DNA from: Dehalococcoidia bacterium | GTDB taxonomy: Bacteria > Chloroflexota > Dehalococcoidia > Bin125 | Assembly: GCA_963663235.2 (NCBI GenBank) | Contig: CAXXNO010000004.1 | Location: 704,001 to 768,000 of the forward strand | Reading direction: 5' to 3' | DNA length: 64,000 bases | In this document: positions 60,258 through 64,000 of the stretch, in pieces | Layout: every line of letters starts with the position of its first letter | Position numbering within the stretch: the first letter of the stretch is position 1 | Made by a program: the position numbers and the translations under genes | Notes under the pieces: model-generated | What the model was told of the DNA's origin: nothing | Seen by the model: the letters and a program-made list of their open reading frames with translations, nothing else | Database searches by the model: none

Positions 60258-61178
60258 ATGCGACTTGGATTCGCGTTGCCGCAGGTGGGATCGATGGCCG
60301 GGCCCGACGCGCTCGTGTCGGTGGCGCAGAAGGCGGAGTCGGTGGGCTACGACTCGGTTGTCGTGCTGGACCGGATCCTGGCGCCGGTGAACCCGCGGGC
60401 GCCGTACCCGGCCTCGGCGGACGGCACGCTGCCGGAGGCGTTCCAGACCGTGCTGGACCCGCTGGAGTCGCTGGCGTTCGTGGCGGCGCAGACGAGCCGC
60501 GTGGCGCTGGAGACGAGCATCCTCAACATCCCGTTCTACAACCCGGTGCTGCTGGCGCGTCGCTTGACGACGCTGGACGTGCTGTCGAAGGGGCGGGTCC
60601 GGGTGGGGTTTGGGATGGGATGGTCGCCGGACGAGTTCCAGGCGGTCAACGCACCGGAGAAGGGGCGCGGAGAGCGAGCGGACGAATTCCTGGAGGCGCT
60701 CAAGGCGATCTGGACGACCAACCCAGTGGAGTATCTCGGCAAACATTTCCAGGTGCCCAAGTCGATCATCAACCCGAAGCCGGTGCAGAAGCCGCACCCG
60801 CCGATCTACCTCGCCGCCTACTCGCCGCCGGCGCTGCGCCGAACGGCGCGGTTCGCGGACGGCTGGAACCCCGGCGGCGTGCCCGTGGATGGGATGCGGC
60901 AGATGTTGGCGGGGATCCAGGGGATGGCCAAGGAGGCGGGCCGCGACCCGAGCGCGATCGAACTCATCGTGCGGGCGAACGTCTACGTAGTGGACGGGGC
61001 GTCCGACGACAAGCGCGGCATTTCCGTGGGCTCGCCGGAGCAGATCGGCCAGGACATCGCCGCGGTCCGGGAGTTGGGTGCGGCGGAGGTCCAGTTCGAC
61101 GTGAACTTCTCACCGACCGTGAAGTCGCTGGAGGACGTGCTGGCGTACACGGAACGGATACGGAGCCTGGCCGGATAA
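60258..61178 (+). CDS. LLM-class F420-dependent oxidoreductase
   Basis: MRLGFALPQ, LDPLESL, TTLDVLSKGR..VGFGMGWSPDE, PKPVQKPHPP. Confidence 0.93.
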   Translation: MRLGFALPQVGSMAGPDALVSVAQKAESVGYDSVVVLDRILAPVNPRAPYPASADGTLPEAFQTVLDPLESLAFVAAQTSRVALETSILNIPFYNPVLLARRLTTLDVLSKGRVRVGFGMGWSPDEFQAVNAPEKGRGERADEFLEALKAIWTTNPVEYLGKHFQVPKSIINPKPVQKPHPPIYLAAYSPPALRRTARFADGWNPGGVPVDGMRQMLAGIQGMAKEAGRDPSAIELIVRANVYVVDGASDDKRGISVGSPEQIGQDIAAVRELGAAEVQFDVNFSPTVKSLEDVLAYTERIRSLAG

Positions 61179-61220
61179 GAGGCCGCAAGCGGCCGCGAGC
61201 GGCGAGGCAGGAGGGGTGCG

Positions 61221-61655
61221 ATGGAAACGATGGAGGATCTCTTACTCAAGGGGTTCATCACCGTGCACAAGGCGCTGTACCGGATGAGCGGCGGCCGGAT
61301 CATGGGCAGCACGCGCGGCTCGCCGATCATCCTGCTCACGACGACGGGCCGGAAGAGCGGCAAGCGGCGCACGATCCCGCTGGGGTATCTCCCCGACGGG
61401 GACGGGTACGCGCTGGCGGCATCGAACGGGGGGCGATCGTACCACCCGGCGTGGTACCGCAACCTGGAGGCCAACCCGGCCGCCACGATGTGCCTGAAGA
61501 AGCGGCAGATCCCCGTGCGGGCCGAGATCACGAGCGGCGAGGAGCGGGCGCGGTTGTGGGATGCGATCAAGACGACGCACCCCGCGTTCGCGAAGTACGA
61601 AGCGAAGACCAGTCGCGAGATCCCGGTGGTGGTGCTGCGGGAGGAGCGCGCGTAG
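61221..61655 (+). CDS. Deazaflavin (F420)-dependent nitroreductase, DDN family
   Basis: LLTTTGRKSGKRRTIPL, ASNGG...HPAWYRNLEANP, REIPVVVL. Confidence 0.93.
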   Translation: METMEDLLLKGFITVHKALYRMSGGRIMGSTRGSPIILLTTTGRKSGKRRTIPLGYLPDGDGYALAASNGGRSYHPAWYRNLEANPAATMCLKKRQIPVRAEITSGEERARLWDAIKTTHPAFAKYEAKTSREIPVVVLREERA

Positions 61656-61686
61656 GGCGCGTGCGGGGTCTCGCGATGCGATCCGC

Positions 61687-62940
61687 TTGAGGCTGGGAGC
61701 CCCACGCCCGTTCTACGGGTGGGCCATTGTCGCGGCGGCGGCGGTGGCGCTGTTCGCGTCGGGGCCGGGGCAGTCGTTTGTGTTCGCGGTGTTCGTGGAC
61801 TCAATCATCGAGGACACGGGGCTGTCGCGGACGGCGATATCCGGGCTGTACTCGGTGGGGACGGGAATCGGCGCGCTGCTGGTGCTGTCGGTGGGGCGGC
61901 TGACGGACCGCTTCGGCGCGCGGCCGTTGCTGGCGTTGGGCGGGCTGGCGATGGGCGCGGCGTGCCTGGGGCTGGCGGCGGCGGACGGGCCGGGGGCGGT
62001 GTTCCTGGCGTTCGCGGGGCTGCGCGCGCTGGGGCAAGGAGCGCTGCCGGTCATTGCGACGCTGCTGACGGCGCAGTGGTTCGTGCGGCGGCGGGGGCGG
62101 GCAGTGGCGCTGACGAGCCTGGGGCTGGCGGCGGCGAACGCGGTGCTGCCGCCGCTCTCACGGGTTCTGATCGACAACATCGGCTGGCGGGAGAGCTACG
62201 TCGCGCTCGGGGTAATGGTGTGGGTGCTGGTGGTGCCGGCGGCGGTGCTGATCGTGCGGAACCGGCCGGAGGAGATGGGGCTGCACCCGGACGGCGCGCC
62301 GTTTCCCCCGGCGAGTGAGGCGGAGGCGGCGGGGGCCGGCGGGAGCGCGGCGCCGCGGCGGGTGCTGTCGTCGCCGATGTTCTGGCTGATCGCGCTGCCG
62401 ATGGCGACGCCGATGTTCGCGGGGACGGCGGTGGTGTTCCATCAGACGTCGATCTTCGAAGAGCGGGGGTTGAGCGCGACGGTGGCGGCGACGGCGTTCG
62501 TGCCGTTCGCGGTGACGTCGGCGATGTTCTCGATGCTGGCGGGGGTGGCCGTGGAGCGGCTGGGGCCGAAGTGGGTGTTCGTCATCGACATGGCGTTGCT
62601 GTTCGGGGCGTTCGTGCTGCTGCGGTTCATCTCATCGACGTTGAGCGCGACGGCGTACGCGCTGCTCCTTGGGGCGAGCGTGGGGATCTACCTGACGCTG
62701 CTGGGGACGATCCTGCCGCACTTCTACGGGCGGCACGGGCTGGGGCGGGTGCACGGTACGTCGGTGACGGTGGGGCTGCTGGGCGCGGCGGTGTCGCCGT
62801 TGCTGCTGGCGGTGTTGCAGGGCGCGACGGGGGACTACAAGTTGGCGCTGTGGCTGATTGCGGCGACGCCGGTGGTGGCGGCGATCCTGATCACGTTCGT
62901 GCGGCCGCGGGCGGGGGAGGAGGTGGTGTCGGGGGGGTGA
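61687..62940 (+). CDS. MFS transporter
   Basis: FYGWAIV, GRLTDRFGAR, WFVRRRGRA, PEEMGLHPDG; many TM helices. Confidence 0.92.
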   Translation: MRLGAPRPFYGWAIVAAAAVALFASGPGQSFVFAVFVDSIIEDTGLSRTAISGLYSVGTGIGALLVLSVGRLTDRFGARPLLALGGLAMGAACLGLAAADGPGAVFLAFAGLRALGQGALPVIATLLTAQWFVRRRGRAVALTSLGLAAANAVLPPLSRVLIDNIGWRESYVALGVMVWVLVVPAAVLIVRNRPEEMGLHPDGAPFPPASEAEAAGAGGSAAPRRVLSSPMFWLIALPMATPMFAGTAVVFHQTSIFEERGLSATVAATAFVPFAVTSAMFSMLAGVAVERLGPKWVFVIDMALLFGAFVLLRFISSTLSATAYALLLGASVGIYLTLLGTILPHFYGRHGLGRVHGTSVTVGLLGAAVSPLLLAVLQGATGDYKLALWLIAATPVVAAILITFVRPRAGEEVVSGG

Positions 62941-62978
62941 GGGGTAAAGGTGGGGTAGGGGGAGGCTAAACTCCACCT

Positions 62979-63632
62979 ATGCGCGAATATCTGTCCTTCA
63001 TGCCCGAGTACATCGGGCGAGTCCTCGTACGCTGGGCCACATTCGCGGGCGTGAGTCTACTCATCGTGATTATCGTCATCGATGCGTTTGCCACCGATAT
63101 ACCCACGGCGGTCGAAGTGGCGGTTAGTCTCGGTTCCCTTCTCATCGCGACGTACTCCGTCTTCCGGGAGGAGCGCCGAACGCGCGCTGAGCGAGAAGGC
63201 GCACTTTCGATCTCGGCTCGCTTACGTGAGAAGGCAAATTGGGAGCTCGCGGCGAGACACCTCATGTATGTGCAGGCATATGACGTCGAGTACACGGTCC
63301 ATGCGACTGGTAGTGATGTAAGAACGAAAGACGTATACGCGCGCGTCGTTGGTCGGCTAAAGAAGCGATCGTGGTGGCAGATCAAGCCATGTATTCGTGA
63401 GCGCGTGCTGGTCCCCAAGATGGAACAGGAGTTCCCGAACCAGACGGAGCGGCGACTAGAGTTGGCTGGCGATCCGTGGCACGAGGACAGGGCCTCCTTT
63501 GTGGAATGGAACAGCGGAGATCACGTCGGCATTCCGTATGAGGGCGATGCCGTCATTCAGCTTGTTGTAGAGACGATCGTCCCGAAAGGTGGGGTGTTCG
63601 TCCAGGATATTGCAGATAAGCCAAACTCGTAG
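62979..63632 (+). CDS. Hypothetical membrane-anchored protein with lower GC
   Basis: 217-aa ORF with two N-terminal TM helices; visibly more AT-rich than its flanks. Confidence 0.6.
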   Translation: MREYLSFMPEYIGRVLVRWATFAGVSLLIVIIVIDAFATDIPTAVEVAVSLGSLLIATYSVFREERRTRAEREGALSISARLREKANWELAARHLMYVQAYDVEYTVHATGSDVRTKDVYARVVGRLKKRSWWQIKPCIRERVLVPKMEQEFPNQTERRLELAGDPWHEDRASFVEWNSGDHVGIPYEGDAVIQLVVETIVPKGGVFVQDIADKPNS

Positions 63633-63836
63633 TGGGTGCTCTGTCCCGCACTGGATCGGTTGTCACGAGAGCCATGAGTATGTCAGGAAACGGGTGAAGA
63701 TCATCGCGGTTGTTGAAGCGCCGCTCAACCTCGTGCAGGTAGATGGGCAGATGCTTCGCGGTAGGGACGAAGTGGCGTCGGTTGACGGGTTCGTGCTGAC
63801 GCAGGACTAGCGGTCGCGGTGAGCGGTGCGGCGTGG

Positions 63837-64000
63837 CTAGTGCTGGACGTCGATCACGAGGCGGGTGGGGTTCGCCAGCTCGAAGATGCGGAAGGGGGCG
63901 CGCTCGTCGAGGCCGAAGACCCAGGTGACAAGGGCCTCGAAGTCGCAGGTGAGGTCGACGCTTTGGATCGTCGGCCCGAGGTTGACGTCCTGCTCCTGGA
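63837..64000 (-). CDS. C-terminal part of an AMIN-like domain protein (runs off the window)
   Basis: ...TCDFEALVTWVFGLDERAPFRIFELANPTRLVIDVQH*. Confidence 0.75.
   Translation of the reverse strand, partial: QEQDVNLGPTIQSVDLTCDFEALVTWVFGLDERAPFRIFELANPTRLVIDVQH

Noticed and set aside
1-64000. Genome-wide UGA reassignment (code 4/25) to explain three in-frame TGAs
   Set aside because: Many genes end in TGA at their natural C-termini (both amidases, FMO, SDR, SQR-like, trxA), so UGA is normally a stop here.

Overview
High-GC bacterial DNA, most likely Chloroflexota/Dehalococcoidia-like. This is an inference from the LLM/F420 enzyme expansion, an LPxTG-type surface protein and the general gene repertoire. 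The window is a catabolic and cofactor region: six luciferase-like (LLM) oxidoreductases, a DDN-type F420 enzyme, fbiC-ribA, a cobalamin-riboswitch cobT-cobS-cobU operon with an internally deleted cobO, two paralogous amidases, amidohydrolases, two signalling modules, several secreted repeat proteins and a probable 6S RNA. The main hidden signal is UGA recoding. An ArsM-like methyltransferase reads WSG-UGA-IAGAL with a SECIS-like hairpin. More unexpectedly, a thiolase-fold protein paired with a DUF35 gene reads LVNG-UGA-GG...TLVLG with a perfect hairpin 3' of the UGA, making it a candidate new selenoenzyme family. A third in-frame UGA splits a NIPSNAP gene but looks like a nonsense change. Several 1-2 nt frameshifts in otherwise intact genes suggest assembly indel errors. 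No CRISPR array, rRNA, intact tRNA or transposase was recognised, and no Sec machinery (selA/B/C/D) lies in the window.
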